Part shown: one piece after another, positions 25,164 through 34,780 of the stretch | Layout: each line of letters starts with the position of its first letter | Numbering within the stretch: position 1 is the stretch's first letter | Assembly (NCBI GenBank): GCA_910586385.1 | Contig: CAJUGX010000001.1 | Coordinates: 78,408 to 142,407, forward strand | DNA: 64,000 nucleotides | Source: an uncultured Christensenella sp. | GTDB taxonomy: Bacteria > Bacillota > Clostridia > Christensenellales > UBA1242 | Direction: 5' to 3' | Translations under genes and position numbers: made by a program | The notes under the pieces: generated by a model | The model's database searches: none | Told to the model about the DNA's origin: nothing | Seen by the model: the letters and a program-made list of their open reading frames with translations, nothing else

Positions 25164-25193
25164 ATGGAATAAACTTGAAGGAGAAAGGAAAAT

Positions 25194-26282
25194 ATGAAAA
25201 AAATTGTTACAAGTGAAAGTGTCAACATGGGTCATCCAGACAAAACCTGCGACCTAATTGCAGATGGATTCTTGGACGAAGCACTTTCACAAGATCCAAA
25301 CAGCCAAATGGCAGTTGAGTGCGCCATCAAGGACAATCGACTCTTCATTTATGGAGAAGCAACCACAAAAGCCAAAATTGACTATGAAAAAATTGCCATG
25401 GACATTTTGAAAGATGTTGGCTACAAAAACAAATTCAAAATCATCAAGCAGATTTCTTGTCAAAGTCCAGACATCCATCAGTCTGTCGTAAAGAAGAAAC
25501 TTTGTGCAAATGATCAAGGGATTGTTTTCGGTTATGCAACAAATGAGACAAAAGAATTTATGCCACTGCCAATTTTGGTTGCACACAAGCTTATGAAAAA
25601 GTATGACGAATTTCGCAGAACGACCCCTGACTTTTTCGCCGATGCCAAAAGCCAAGTTTCTGTTTGCTATGAAGATGAGCGACCAGTCTCTTTTGACATC
25701 ATTCTTTTGAGCGCAAGCCACAGCGAAAACTGCAAGGATTTGCAAGAAAGAATCAAAGAAAAAGTCATCAACCCCGTTTTGGCGGAATTCAAATCATTTG
25801 TCAAAAAATCAACAAAATATATCGTCAACCCAAGTGGGAAATTCACAATTTGGGGAAGTTTTGGCGATAGTGGTTGCGTTGGAAGAAAAATTGTTGTAGA
25901 CACTTATGGCGGAGCCTCAAAAGTCGGTGGCGGATGTTTCAGCTCCAAAAACGCAACAAAAGTTGACCGGAGCGGGGCGTACTATGCTCGCTATGTCGCA
26001 AAAACTCTGGTCGCAAACAATCTCTGTGACAGATGCGAAATTGAAGTTTCCTATGGCATCGGCCTTGAAAAACCACTCTCGCTCAACATAAATTGTTTCG
26101 GCACGGAAAAAGTGCCCCTCACAAAAATATATAAAATTGTCGACAAAAACTTCGACTTCTCCCCTGACAACATAATCAAAGAACTCGGACTGCTGCGTCC
26201 AATCTACAAACAAACTGCTTGCTTTGGACATTTCGGGAGAGAAGAGTTTCCTTGGGAGATGGCACGCCATCTTTCAAAATAA
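25194..26282 (+). CDS. metK: S-adenosylmethionine synthetase
   Basis: TSESVNMGHPDKTCDLIAD, GDSGCVGRKIVVDTYGG and other MetK blocks. RBS GAAGGAGAAAGG. Confidence 0.9.
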   Translation: MKKIVTSESVNMGHPDKTCDLIADGFLDEALSQDPNSQMAVECAIKDNRLFIYGEATTKAKIDYEKIAMDILKDVGYKNKFKIIKQISCQSPDIHQSVVKKKLCANDQGIVFGYATNETKEFMPLPILVAHKLMKKYDEFRRTTPDFFADAKSQVSVCYEDERPVSFDIILLSASHSENCKDLQERIKEKVINPVLAEFKSFVKKSTKYIVNPSGKFTIWGSFGDSGCVGRKIVVDTYGGASKVGGGCFSSKNATKVDRSGAYYARYVAKTLVANNLCDRCEIEVSYGIGLEKPLSLNINCFGTEKVPLTKIYKIVDKNFDFSPDNIIKELGLLRPIYKQTACFGHFGREEFPWEMARHLSK

Positions 26283-26305
26283 CCCCATACCCCCCCCACA
26301 CATAC

Positions 26306-26345
26306 AAAAAAAACGATTTGTATTTTCACAAATCGTTTTTATTTT
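26306..26345. terminator. Bidirectional terminator
   Basis: AACGATTTGT-(6 nt)-ACAAATCGTT with an A-run upstream and a T-run downstream. It lies between the convergent metK and 26371..27333 genes. Confidence 0.8.
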
Positions 26346-26370
26346 CTGTATATAAATAGCTCGTTACAAA

Positions 26371-27333
26371 CTATTCAACTTCATATGGATAGAATATATC
26401 GCAAGCGTTGGCACCAAACTTTTCGATGTTGTCCAAAATCACAACTGCTTTTATATAATCAAGTTTTTCAGCCCAATACCCTTTTGTTATCATGTCAGTT
26501 GAATATTCTCCATAAACAAGATTTTTCGTCTCCCCCGTCCTAAGATACTTTACAACGGCATCAAAATATTCATTCTTCATGTTGTAGATGATAGGCACAT
26601 AAATTGAAATGTCAGAATGGTTTGTCATTTGACTGTATTGCATAAACAAACAATTGAAATCAACAAATCCCATTCTTGCTTCACTTTCTTCAACCAAATG
26701 GTCGGCAGAGTCTTTGCTGTCAATGAGCTTCTTCTCAAAATCAACAATATTTTTCAAAGCGATATAATCTTCCGTCATTTTGTATTCGTAGTCAAGTTTG
26801 AACATTTCATATCTAATTTTGTTCAACACTTCTTCCGCTTTGTCAAACTCTTTGTTTTTTCTAAACAAGTCGATGCACTGAATATAGATGTCACCATTGT
26901 CTTCCGCCTCAGCAATTTGCATCAAATTTTTGCAAGCAAGTTTGCGATATTTGGTGGCATTCTTGGAGTCTTTGTTGTCCTCGAAACACCATGTGGCATT
27001 GAGGTACAATTGCGCAGCACATGCCTCTTCGTCTTTTTCATTGACGAGAGCCGCTTTCAAATAATTCTTGATTTTTTCGTCAAAATTTGAGTTTAAGATT
27101 TCTTGATATTTTGCGCTTTGATAAACCGTTTTTGCACTTTTGCTTGGACGAGAAATGTCAATGTTTGCATAATGGCAGTGTGGGCATTCTTGAATAGGCG
27201 CATCAACTTGTCCATTGTCGCATCTTGTGTCCAAGTGTTGTTTCGCACCAAATGTACTGCTGCTGACAACAACTTCTTGCTCACTTTCTTTTCCACAGTT
27301 TACACATTTCAAACTCAATGTTTTTGTTTTCAT
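26371..27333 (-). CDS. Zinc-ribbon plus TPR-like helical protein (DUF2225-like N-terminus) with an unknown C-terminal domain
   Basis: CVNCG..(35 aa)..CPHCHY zinc ribbon, then helical repeats. 320 aa. Confidence 0.45.
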   Translation of the reverse strand: MKTKTLSLKCVNCGKESEQEVVVSSSTFGAKQHLDTRCDNGQVDAPIQECPHCHYANIDISRPSKSAKTVYQSAKYQEILNSNFDEKIKNYLKAALVNEKDEEACAAQLYLNATWCFEDNKDSKNATKYRKLACKNLMQIAEAEDNGDIYIQCIDLFRKNKEFDKAEEVLNKIRYEMFKLDYEYKMTEDYIALKNIVDFEKKLIDSKDSADHLVEESEARMGFVDFNCLFMQYSQMTNHSDISIYVPIIYNMKNEYFDAVVKYLRTGETKNLVYGEYSTDMITKGYWAEKLDYIKAVVILDNIEKFGANACDIFYPYEVE

Positions 27334-27344
27334 TCCACTTCTCC

Positions 27345-28160
27345 TTAGATTTCTTTATTTTCAAATTTTTCAAGCACTGTTTCGTAAATTGGAGCCACGT
27401 TGGCATACATATCAATTTCTTTTATCTTTTCAAACATCTCTTTCACTGAAAATTTCCCACTTTCAGCAAACTGAATCAATTGATTTGGCCAGTCCGCTCT
27501 CAGTCTGTCAAGTTCGACTTGATACTTTTCTTTCTTTTCCACCAACTCCCTCATCATCTTGTCAAATTTGACAGTTGGGTGAAACGGAACGAGGATGTCA
27601 ACATTTTTATAAGAATCACAATCCTTGCCAGTTATGAGAATAATCTTGATTTTCACACCTTTTTCTTTAACAATATCATATCCAAATGACAAAACAATTT
27701 TTGTGTCTGAAGTGAGGAACACCAGTGATTGGAATTCAGAATTGTTCTGTTTTGCTCTTTCAACCGCTGCTGGCAAGTCGCCCTTGAAGAACAACATAAT
27801 CCCAGGATATTGCTGCTCAATCTCATTTGTCTCGAAATTGAAAAGACAAGTATCTCCAATCTTCTTCTCTTCGCTGGCATTGAAGTTGTAGCAAATGTAT
27901 CTATCTTCATCGGCTTTGAAAAGTGGCAAAAGTTTTGCGTCCGCAAAAACTTTGTTTGGTTTCAAAATTTCATCAAGCGTGAGAAGAATGTATCTGTTTA
28001 TCTCGCCGTCAACGACAAGCGTCCTTTCTCTCATGCAACTTACAATCAAAGCGACGGTGCTTTCTTGAATTTTTCCACCATAAATCTTTTCAACCGCTTC
28101 AATTTTCTTTTCATTAAGCCCATATGCAAAAACATTTTCAAAAAAAGTTTTTATTTTCAT
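27345..28160 (-). CDS. SMI1/KNR4 (SUKH)-like protein
   Basis: The N-terminal ..LNEKKIEAVEKIYGGKIQESTVALIVS.. / ..LLPLFKADEDRYICYNF.. resembles SUKH-1 immunity-type domains. 271 aa. Confidence 0.4.
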   Translation of the reverse strand: MKIKTFFENVFAYGLNEKKIEAVEKIYGGKIQESTVALIVSCMRERTLVVDGEINRYILLTLDEILKPNKVFADAKLLPLFKADEDRYICYNFNASEEKKIGDTCLFNFETNEIEQQYPGIMLFFKGDLPAAVERAKQNNSEFQSLVFLTSDTKIVLSFGYDIVKEKGVKIKIILITGKDCDSYKNVDILVPFHPTVKFDKMMRELVEKKEKYQVELDRLRADWPNQLIQFAESGKFSVKEMFEKIKEIDMYANVAPIYETVLEKFENKEI

Positions 28161-28174
28161 CCTCTATCCCCCTC

Positions 28175-28642
28175 TTACAAATCATAGTCCATTTTTCTTG
28201 TAGAAACTTCAAAGCCATTTTTCTCATAGAAGTTGATTGCAGCTTTATTAAACTCCCACACATTGAGTTGAATTTTGGGAAAACCTTGCTTTTTCAGTTC
28301 TTTCTTCAAAAATTCAAAGATTTCTGTGCCGACACCTTTCCCTCTAATCTTTGCAGTCACACCGAGGTCACCTATCTCACACCATCTTCTTGCTTTGCTG
28401 TAGGTGCTTTCTGGCTTCTCTCTTTTCTCAACCATTGCATAACCAAGGATTTTTCCATCTCTTTCGCACACATACAAAAGGAGGTTTTCGTCTGAAAGAT
28501 ATGTGGTCAAATATTCCATTTGGCTCTTCTCTGCCCAGTTTGGATTGAAGATGTCTGGTCTTGCTTTTGCATGCAAGTCATAAACTTCTTTTCTGATTTT
28601 GTTTACCGTTTTCAAATCTTCTTTCTTTGCAAGTCTAACCAT
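28175..28642 (-). CDS. GNAT family N-acetyltransferase
   Basis: Motif A RGKGVGTEIFEFLKKELKKQG, and ..AINFYEKNGF. Confidence 0.8.
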   Translation of the reverse strand: MVRLAKKEDLKTVNKIRKEVYDLHAKARPDIFNPNWAEKSQMEYLTTYLSDENLLLYVCERDGKILGYAMVEKREKPESTYSKARRWCEIGDLGVTAKIRGKGVGTEIFEFLKKELKKQGFPKIQLNVWEFNKAAINFYEKNGFEVSTRKMDYDL

Positions 28643-28652
28643 TTTCTTCTCC

Positions 28653-28997
28653 TTACAGCATCAAATCGTTGAGCGGATTGTTGTCAACCTCTGGATTCCA
28701 AAGGTATTTTTTCAAATCCACACAACCATCTTTGTCGACCTTCACCCCTTCTTTTTCGAGGAGTTCTCTTTGTGCCTTCTCTCCACCAAAGGCAAAGCCT
28801 GTGCAAATTTTCCCTTCACGATTGACAACTCTGTGACAAGGTATTGTTGCGGTGTCAGGGTTTGAGTGAAGAGCAAAACCCACAATCTGAGAAAAGCGAG
28901 GGGCATTGAGCATTTTTGCAATTTGCCCATAGGTGGCGACTTTGCCCTTTGGGATTTCACTCACAACTGAATATACTTTCTTAAAAAATCCTTCCAT
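28653..28997 (-). CDS. MGMT-family protein (O6-alkylguanine-DNA alkyltransferase DNA-binding domain with the active-site Cys)
   Basis: VYSVVSEIPKGKVATYGQIA.. and IPCHRVVN (PCHR motif). 114 aa, single domain. Confidence 0.8.
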   Translation of the reverse strand: MEGFFKKVYSVVSEIPKGKVATYGQIAKMLNAPRFSQIVGFALHSNPDTATIPCHRVVNREGKICTGFAFGGEKAQRELLEKEGVKVDKDGCVDLKKYLWNPEVDNNPLNDLML

Positions 28998-28999
28998 CT

Positions 29000-31000
29000 C
29001 TAACCATCCACAGAAACAAGTTTTACACCTTGAACATTTGAAAATTGGTGATTTGAAACAACAAATGCAAACTCAGTATAGTAAACGCCTTCGATGTTGT
29101 ACGAAGAAACTTCAACTTCTCCAAGCAATGCCGTTTTGTTTTCGATTGAATATTTGGCAGCATCAACAAAAGCTGTGCCACCAAGTCTGAAGATGATTTG
29201 TTGCCCAGCCTCAACACTTATAGATTGAGCCTCATTTCGATCAAGCATCACCCATCCCTCATCAGAATCCAAAAGCCCATATTCAACACTTGAAACTTTT
29301 TCATCTTCAAAGTCAAATGAGATATTGATGTCTTGAGCAAAGTTTTTGAAGTTTCCAAAACTTATTTCTTTGTCGTTTTCGCAAGAGAACTCAAGTTTCA
29401 TCTCAGCAAACCCGTCTTTTTTCTCATCATAATATGCAGTAAGCATATAGCCATCTGCAATTTCAACAATTTGAGTTTCTTTGAATGTCCAGTCAATCTT
29501 TCCGCCAAGAGAAAGTGTTGTCACCTCAATTTGATATTTTGGTATTTCTGGCTCTTCCGGTTGTTCTGGATTTGGATCTGGATTTTTTTCCTCTTCTTTC
29601 TCTGGATCTTTCTTTTCCTCCTCATCAGAAAGCGCTTCAACATCAGCGTCTCCTTCAATCAAAACAACATCACCCATCAAAACATCAAAATCAAACAAAT
29701 CATATTTTGAGACAAAGCTATTTGTTTCCTCATCATACCTATATTGCCAGAAAAGCGCAATCCTCTCGCCTTTTACGACTGTGTATGCTCCCCCATCCAA
29801 AGGTATCTCACCAATTCTATCTCCATAGTCATCAAGCAAAAACAGTTTTGCCTCCATCATTTCTTCTTGATCTTTGTCAAAACTTTCAATAAGTTTCACT
29901 GAATACGCTTCATCGATGTAAGAGATGCCTTCAACTCTGATTGTGTATGCTGGCTCTCTATACAAAGAAGTTGAAAAAGGTGTAATTTTGTCTGGCACAA
30001 CAAATCTCAAAACAGCGTCATTTTGCACGTCACAATCTTCGTGAAGTTCGAGCTCCAACTCATTTATATAAACTCTCATATCATCATAAACGAGAGTGTC
30101 ACGCAAGGTGCTCTTGGAGATTGTAATCAAGTCGCTCCTATCATAACTGAAAAACTCTGGCGCTGCAGCAGAATAGTTTATGTTGTCTTCTGGAAGAAAA
30201 ACAGCATATTGTTTGTAAGCCAAATCTTTGAAATCAACAACGATTGTATATTTTTCCTTTTCAACATTCGGAAATGTCACCACATAATATCCAGCACTGG
30301 TATAAAACTGATAAGTCGCATTGTGTTCTTCTCCATCATCCGCACGCACTCTGAAAGCATTTGAATTGTATATTTCAAAAATGTCATCCCCACTTTCAGG
30401 ATTTCCAAATCTTAGATTGAAAGAATTGAAGTTTTGTTCAGTGAAAATTTTATTTATTTCAATTTGTGGCCCTGACAAAAACTCATATAAGTTGATATAA
30501 TCCCCACTTCCGTCAAGGTCAATGAAAGCGTTCTTCATATTTGCAATTGCAGTTTCATCATCTGCATTTTCAACATCAAAGTTGTATGTCACAGACATTG
30601 CTCTTGCACCAGAAATTGAAACATCAACATCTTCTTCAACTGATGGCAAAGTAAATGTCCCATAAACCAAATTTTCACTTCCATAGGCACAACTATAATC
30701 TTTGTTTTTGATGATTGACTTTTCTGCACCATTCGCCTTGACAACAAGTTCAGAAAAATCCACTCCATATTCTTTTGCAACAACTTCAACGCGGAGATTG
30801 AGCCCTTTCTCAAGGTTATAATTGTTTCCTCTTCCCTCAACTATGGTTTCCCCATGCTTAACCACGACTTGAACAAGAGATTCACTCTCTTCCTCTATTG
30901 AAAAATGAAGTTTTACCATATTAGAGCCGCATGCAGAAAGAGTAATCCCCGCTGCAAACATCACAACAACCATTGCCAAACAAACAAAAAGTTTTTTCAT
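29000..31000 (-). CDS. Surface lipoprotein with an acidic Pro/Glu linker
   Basis: Start at MKKLFVCLAMVVVMFAAGITLSAC/GS (lipobox LSAC). The listed N-terminal extension MCYTIH.. covers the promoter TGTTATACT (31031-31039). The linker reads EEEKKDPEKEEEKNPDPNPEQPEEPEIP. Confidence 0.65.
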   Translation of the reverse strand: MKKLFVCLAMVVVMFAAGITLSACGSNMVKLHFSIEEESESLVQVVVKHGETIVEGRGNNYNLEKGLNLRVEVVAKEYGVDFSELVVKANGAEKSIIKNKDYSCAYGSENLVYGTFTLPSVEEDVDVSISGARAMSVTYNFDVENADDETAIANMKNAFIDLDGSGDYINLYEFLSGPQIEINKIFTEQNFNSFNLRFGNPESGDDIFEIYNSNAFRVRADDGEEHNATYQFYTSAGYYVVTFPNVEKEKYTIVVDFKDLAYKQYAVFLPEDNINYSAAAPEFFSYDRSDLITISKSTLRDTLVYDDMRVYINELELELHEDCDVQNDAVLRFVVPDKITPFSTSLYREPAYTIRVEGISYIDEAYSVKLIESFDKDQEEMMEAKLFLLDDYGDRIGEIPLDGGAYTVVKGERIALFWQYRYDEETNSFVSKYDLFDFDVLMGDVVLIEGDADVEALSDEEEKKDPEKEEEKNPDPNPEQPEEPEIPKYQIEVTTLSLGGKIDWTFKETQIVEIADGYMLTAYYDEKKDGFAEMKLEFSCENDKEISFGNFKNFAQDINISFDFEDEKVSSVEYGLLDSDEGWVMLDRNEAQSISVEAGQQIIFRLGGTAFVDAAKYSIENKTALLGEVEVSSYNIEGVYYTEFAFVVSNHQFSNVQGVKLVSVDG

Positions 31001-31084
31001 GTGTTTTCTCCCAACCCTTTTGATGTGTATAGTATAACACAAAGCAAAAAAATCTTCCTAGCAAAAGCAACAAAAAAGATAAAG

Positions 31085-31111
31085 TCAAAAAGAAAAGCAG
31101 GCAAGCCTGCT
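31085..31111 (-). terminator. Terminator after the Rrf2 gene
   Basis: The minus strand reads AGCAGG-cttg-CCTGCT followed by TTTCTTTTT. Confidence 0.55.
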
Positions 31112-31529
31112 ATTTGAATATTTTTCTCTCACATGTCTGCTCAACCAAATCTTTGAGAGACACGCTTTCAAGATAACTTGTGATAAGCCCATTCAATGTG
31201 TTCCACACACCGACCGTGTCACACTTGTCTGCTTTTGGACACTCTTCACCAACAGTGCAAGTCGCAACTTTGATGCTGTCACCAGTCGCATCCAAAATTT
31301 GTTTGACGCTTATCTGGCTCATATCTTTTGAAAGCCTATAACCCCCATTTGCACCACGCATGCTTTCCACCAACTTTGCTTTTGAAAGCATCGCAATGAT
31401 TTTTTCAAGATACTTGATAGAAATTTGTTGCCTTTCTGCAATCTCGCTGAGCGAAACAAACTCTTGGTTGTTTCTCGCTATGTCCGCCATAATCCTCACG
31501 GCGTATCGTCCTTTTGTTGTTATTTCCAC
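31110..31529 (-). CDS. Rrf2-family transcriptional regulator with a Cx5Cx5C cluster-binding motif
   Basis: (M)EITTKGRYAVRIMADIA.. from a GTG start (AGGAGA RBS 6 nt upstream). The cluster motif is CTVGEECPKADKC. Confidence 0.8.
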   Translation of the reverse strand: MEITTKGRYAVRIMADIARNNQEFVSLSEIAERQQISIKYLEKIIAMLSKAKLVESMRGANGGYRLSKDMSQISVKQILDATGDSIKVATCTVGEECPKADKCDTVGVWNTLNGLITSYLESVSLKDLVEQTCERKIFK

Positions 31530-31539
31530 ACATTTTCTC

Positions 31540-32436
31540 CTAATCATTGTAAAAAGCAACAATGTCATCATAGACTTTTTGCCTGTCTTTCTCATTCAAA
31601 ATCTCATGTCTCATCCCAACATAAGTTGTTTGTTTGATATTCTTAAATCCCGCTTTCTCAAGTGTTCTGCGAGAACTTTCTCTGCCCTTCTCACCCTTTG
31701 TGCAAGGGTCATCTTTGCCTGCAAGCAACAAAATCGGCATGCCTGCATTTACATCAACAAATTCCTTCACCTTGTTCATCTTCTCAACAAGCGTAAAAAG
31801 CGCATTGAAAGCCGAAATAGTGAAGCCAACTCCGCAAAGTGGGTCTTCTATATATTGGTCAACAGTGTTCTCATTTGCGCAAACCCAGTCAACCGCTGTC
31901 CTTGGATTTTTGATGTCATTGTTAAATGCTCCCACTCCAAGTTTTTCGATGATTTTTGATTTGTATTTTGCCCCTCTAAAAATTTGGATGATATCTGTCA
32001 AGAAAACCCCAAAGCCTGCTCCAGTTTGGTATGCAGGATAACCACTCAAAACAACCTTGCTATATTGTTTTGAATAAGTTTGAAGCACAACACGTGAGAT
32101 GATTGTTCCCATTGAATGTGCAAAGAGGAAAACTGGAAGTCCAACAAAACGCTTTTTCACAAAATCGCAAATTTGTTTTTGATCAGAAATCAAAAGTTTG
32201 TCGCCATCCTTGTCGGCAAAGTAGCCGAGCGTCTCAGCATTTTCACCATGACCTCTCATGTCAGCTGACACGACGGAAAAACCATTTGCATTCAAAAATT
32301 TGACAAAATCTTCGTATCTCTCCTGGTGTTCTTCCATGCCATGTGCAATCTGCACAACTGCCTTTGCATTCTTTACTTCAAAAATGTGTAAATCAAGTTT
32401 GTATCCGTCTTTTGCATCCAAAAAAATTTCTTCCAT
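31540..32436 (-). CDS. Alpha/beta hydrolase (lysophospholipase/monoacylglycerol-lipase-like)
   Basis: HGMEEH.., nucleophile elbow FAHSMGT, and C-terminal ..GMRHEIL. Confidence 0.8.
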   Translation of the reverse strand: MEEIFLDAKDGYKLDLHIFEVKNAKAVVQIAHGMEEHQERYEDFVKFLNANGFSVVSADMRGHGENAETLGYFADKDGDKLLISDQKQICDFVKKRFVGLPVFLFAHSMGTIISRVVLQTYSKQYSKVVLSGYPAYQTGAGFGVFLTDIIQIFRGAKYKSKIIEKLGVGAFNNDIKNPRTAVDWVCANENTVDQYIEDPLCGVGFTISAFNALFTLVEKMNKVKEFVDVNAGMPILLLAGKDDPCTKGEKGRESSRRTLEKAGFKNIKQTTYVGMRHEILNEKDRQKVYDDIVAFYND

Positions 32437-32671
32437 AAATCCTCCAAACTGTTTATATTGTATATAATAACCAAATCAAAAGCAAATATATATCCCAACA
32501 TTTCTCACAATGATTTTTGAAGAAAAACAATTCTTTTGTCACTTTTTTCGCAAACCTCAACAAAGCCCACCTTTTTGTGAATATGAATTGCATCCCTTCT
32601 GTCTTTTGGAATCATGTTGCAAATTTTCTTGATACGGAAACCCAACTCATAAAACTTGGGTACATGAAACT

Positions 32672-33199
32672 CTATTTTTGAAGTGCTTTTTTCAACATCT
32701 CTTTTGACCAATCCTTAAACTCCTTTTGGTGCGGACAAAAATCATCTGAGTAAAGAAGTTTCACAAACTCATCATACTTAAGCCACTTCACTTCTCCAAC
32801 TTTTCCTTCTTCAAGCGTAAATGAAGCCGTTGAAGCATCGAGGTTAAGCAAATAGACCTGCGCAAACTCCCAGCCAATCGCAAATTTCCACTCTGTCAAA
32901 AACACAAAATCTTCCTTTCTTACATCGATGCCAAGCTCTTCTTTGGTTTCTCTTACGCAAGCATCAACGGGTTTTTCGCCAGCATGCACATGACCTGCCG
33001 AAGGGATGTCATACTTGTTTGGAAAGTTCTTTTTTTCAGCGTCATGCCTCTGTACCAAAATCTCTCCCCCACGTTTGTCTACGACCCAAATCCAAACTGG
33101 CTTGTGCCAAACGCCGGCATTTTCTCTGTGACAAAACGATTTGCTTTTTACACCAAGATAATTCCCCTCTTCGTCATAAACATCAAACATCTCTTCCAT
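32672..33199 (-). CDS. NUDIX hydrolase (G.WH subfamily)
   Basis: Nudix box GHVHAGEKPVDACVRETKEELGI. Upstream motif NAGVWHKPVWIWV. Confidence 0.85.
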   Translation of the reverse strand: MEEMFDVYDEEGNYLGVKSKSFCHRENAGVWHKPVWIWVVDKRGGEILVQRHDAEKKNFPNKYDIPSAGHVHAGEKPVDACVRETKEELGIDVRKEDFVFLTEWKFAIGWEFAQVYLLNLDASTASFTLEEGKVGEVKWLKYDEFVKLLYSDDFCPHQKEFKDWSKEMLKKALQK

Positions 33200-33200
33200 G

Positions 33201-34007
33201 TCACTTGCTCTCCTTAAGTCTTTCAGTCAACTTTTCAAGCACTTTTGCAGAGCCTTCTCTTCTGACATGCTCAGCAATCACATCCGCAACGTGCTTCACT
33301 TGCTCAGAGCCATTTGCCATGGCGACACTCACTTTTGCAGCCGAAAACATTGGGGTGTCATTCAATCCATCACCCATGGCAATTGCATCGTCATAACTTG
33401 CCCCAAGGTGTTGCAAAAGTTTCTTTACACCAATCCCTTTGTCACAAGAAGCAGAAGCATAGTCAAGATAGTTTTCATTCCCATTTTTTCCTTCATTTGG
33501 GAAACCTACTTCCTTGATTTTGAGAGCCTCAAGTTTGAGCGCGGGTCTGTCTTTGTCTGAGAATCCAGAAAAATATCCACCAACCACTTTGTATTTTCCA
33601 TAAACTTCATCAAATGATTTGAAAACTTTTTCGATATAATGCGAGTCATCTTCTCTTTTTGCAGTGACAAATCTGAAATCGGCAGCAATGTTGACAACAA
33701 GCCTTGCTCCAAATTTTTTTGCAATTGCAAGAAGTTTTTCCATTGACTCTCTTGAAATATCTGCAGAGAAAATAATTTTTCTTTTTTCGCAATCAAAGAC
33801 CTCTCCGCCATTGGCATCAATGATATAACGGCTTCCACCATAGACTTTTGCAAACTCCTCTGCCTTCTGCCTGTTTCTTCCAGTGGTCATGACAAACTCT
33901 CCGCCATTGGCTTTGAAAGCTTTTATGGCGTCAATACATCTCTGCGAAATATCTCCATCCTTTGGTCTGAGTGTCCCGTCCAAATCACTAAATACTATAT
34001 ATTTCAT
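33201..34007 (-). CDS. HAD-superfamily Cof-type phosphatase
   Basis: MKYIVFSDLDGTL (motif I), ..MTTGR.., ..AMGDGLNDTPMF (motif IV). Confidence 0.85.
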   Translation of the reverse strand: MKYIVFSDLDGTLRPKDGDISQRCIDAIKAFKANGGEFVMTTGRNRQKAEEFAKVYGGSRYIIDANGGEVFDCEKRKIIFSADISRESMEKLLAIAKKFGARLVVNIAADFRFVTAKREDDSHYIEKVFKSFDEVYGKYKVVGGYFSGFSDKDRPALKLEALKIKEVGFPNEGKNGNENYLDYASASCDKGIGVKKLLQHLGASYDDAIAMGDGLNDTPMFSAAKVSVAMANGSEQVKHVADVIAEHVRREGSAKVLEKLTERLKESK

Positions 34008-34036
34008 CATTTCTCCTCTTTTGGCAAATCGCCAAA

Positions 34037-34765
34037 TCACAAATCCGAAAAATTGATAACTTCCACTCCGTCAAACAAGCCTTGCTTTTTGGCTTCTCTC
34101 AACACGTGCAATTCTTTCTCTCTTCCAAGGTAACTGGTGATCTTACACGTTTCCTCATCCACATAACCGCTGTGAGTGCAAAGTTCAATTGTCAAATCTG
34201 TATTTTTGTATTTTTCAATTATTTCTCTTATCTTTTCCAAATTAACATTTTCAATCGTGAAATCAAAACAAAAAACATCTGGACTTTTCAAACCTCGGCA
34301 GTATCCTTCATGTCTTGTTGGCAAATTCAACTCTTTTGCAATGTCTCCGATTGCCTTGCATATGATTTTGTTGTCCTGCAAAATGTGATGAGTGTCCAAG
34401 TGGTCGAGCCTCAACTGCCCTTTGCCATATTCTTCAATCTTCGCGATCTGTGCTTTGATTTCGTTGTATACATCCTCATAAGTCAGATTTTGGTTGTCGT
34501 CAATTTGTTTTCTGTTATACAGAAATCCCCCCCCCTCATCAGTCAAATGCGGATTTGGGATGATCGGTTTGCCAACTGTAAAATTTGTGTGCAATCCAAC
34601 GCAAGTTATGCCATTTGCAAGCGCCTGTTCGACCGCATACTTTGCATAATCCATGTTTGCCATGATTGATGTCGAGGTCAAAACGCCTTCCTTGATTCCA
34701 TCAACAATCCCATCTGTGATGCTCTTGCTGAGCCCAAAGTCGTCCGAATTTATAATAAGTTTCAT
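34037..34765 (-). CDS. ChbG/YdjC-family carbohydrate deacetylase
   Basis: MKLIINSDDFGLSKSITDGI.. and HLDTHH. 242 aa. Confidence 0.8.
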   Translation of the reverse strand: MKLIINSDDFGLSKSITDGIVDGIKEGVLTSTSIMANMDYAKYAVEQALANGITCVGLHTNFTVGKPIIPNPHLTDEGGGFLYNRKQIDDNQNLTYEDVYNEIKAQIAKIEEYGKGQLRLDHLDTHHILQDNKIICKAIGDIAKELNLPTRHEGYCRGLKSPDVFCFDFTIENVNLEKIREIIEKYKNTDLTIELCTHSGYVDEETCKITSYLGREKELHVLREAKKQGLFDGVEVINFSDL

Positions 34766-34780
34766 GCTCCCTCCGAGACC

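Noticed and set aside
32505-32711. 68-aa minus-strand ORF downstream of and overlapping the NUDIX gene. It has a ..PKFYELGFRI.. segment reminiscent of a GNAT or VOC C-terminus.
   Set aside because: It has no RBS and overlaps the NUDIX stop region. At best it is a gene remnant, and there is not enough signal to call a pseudogene.
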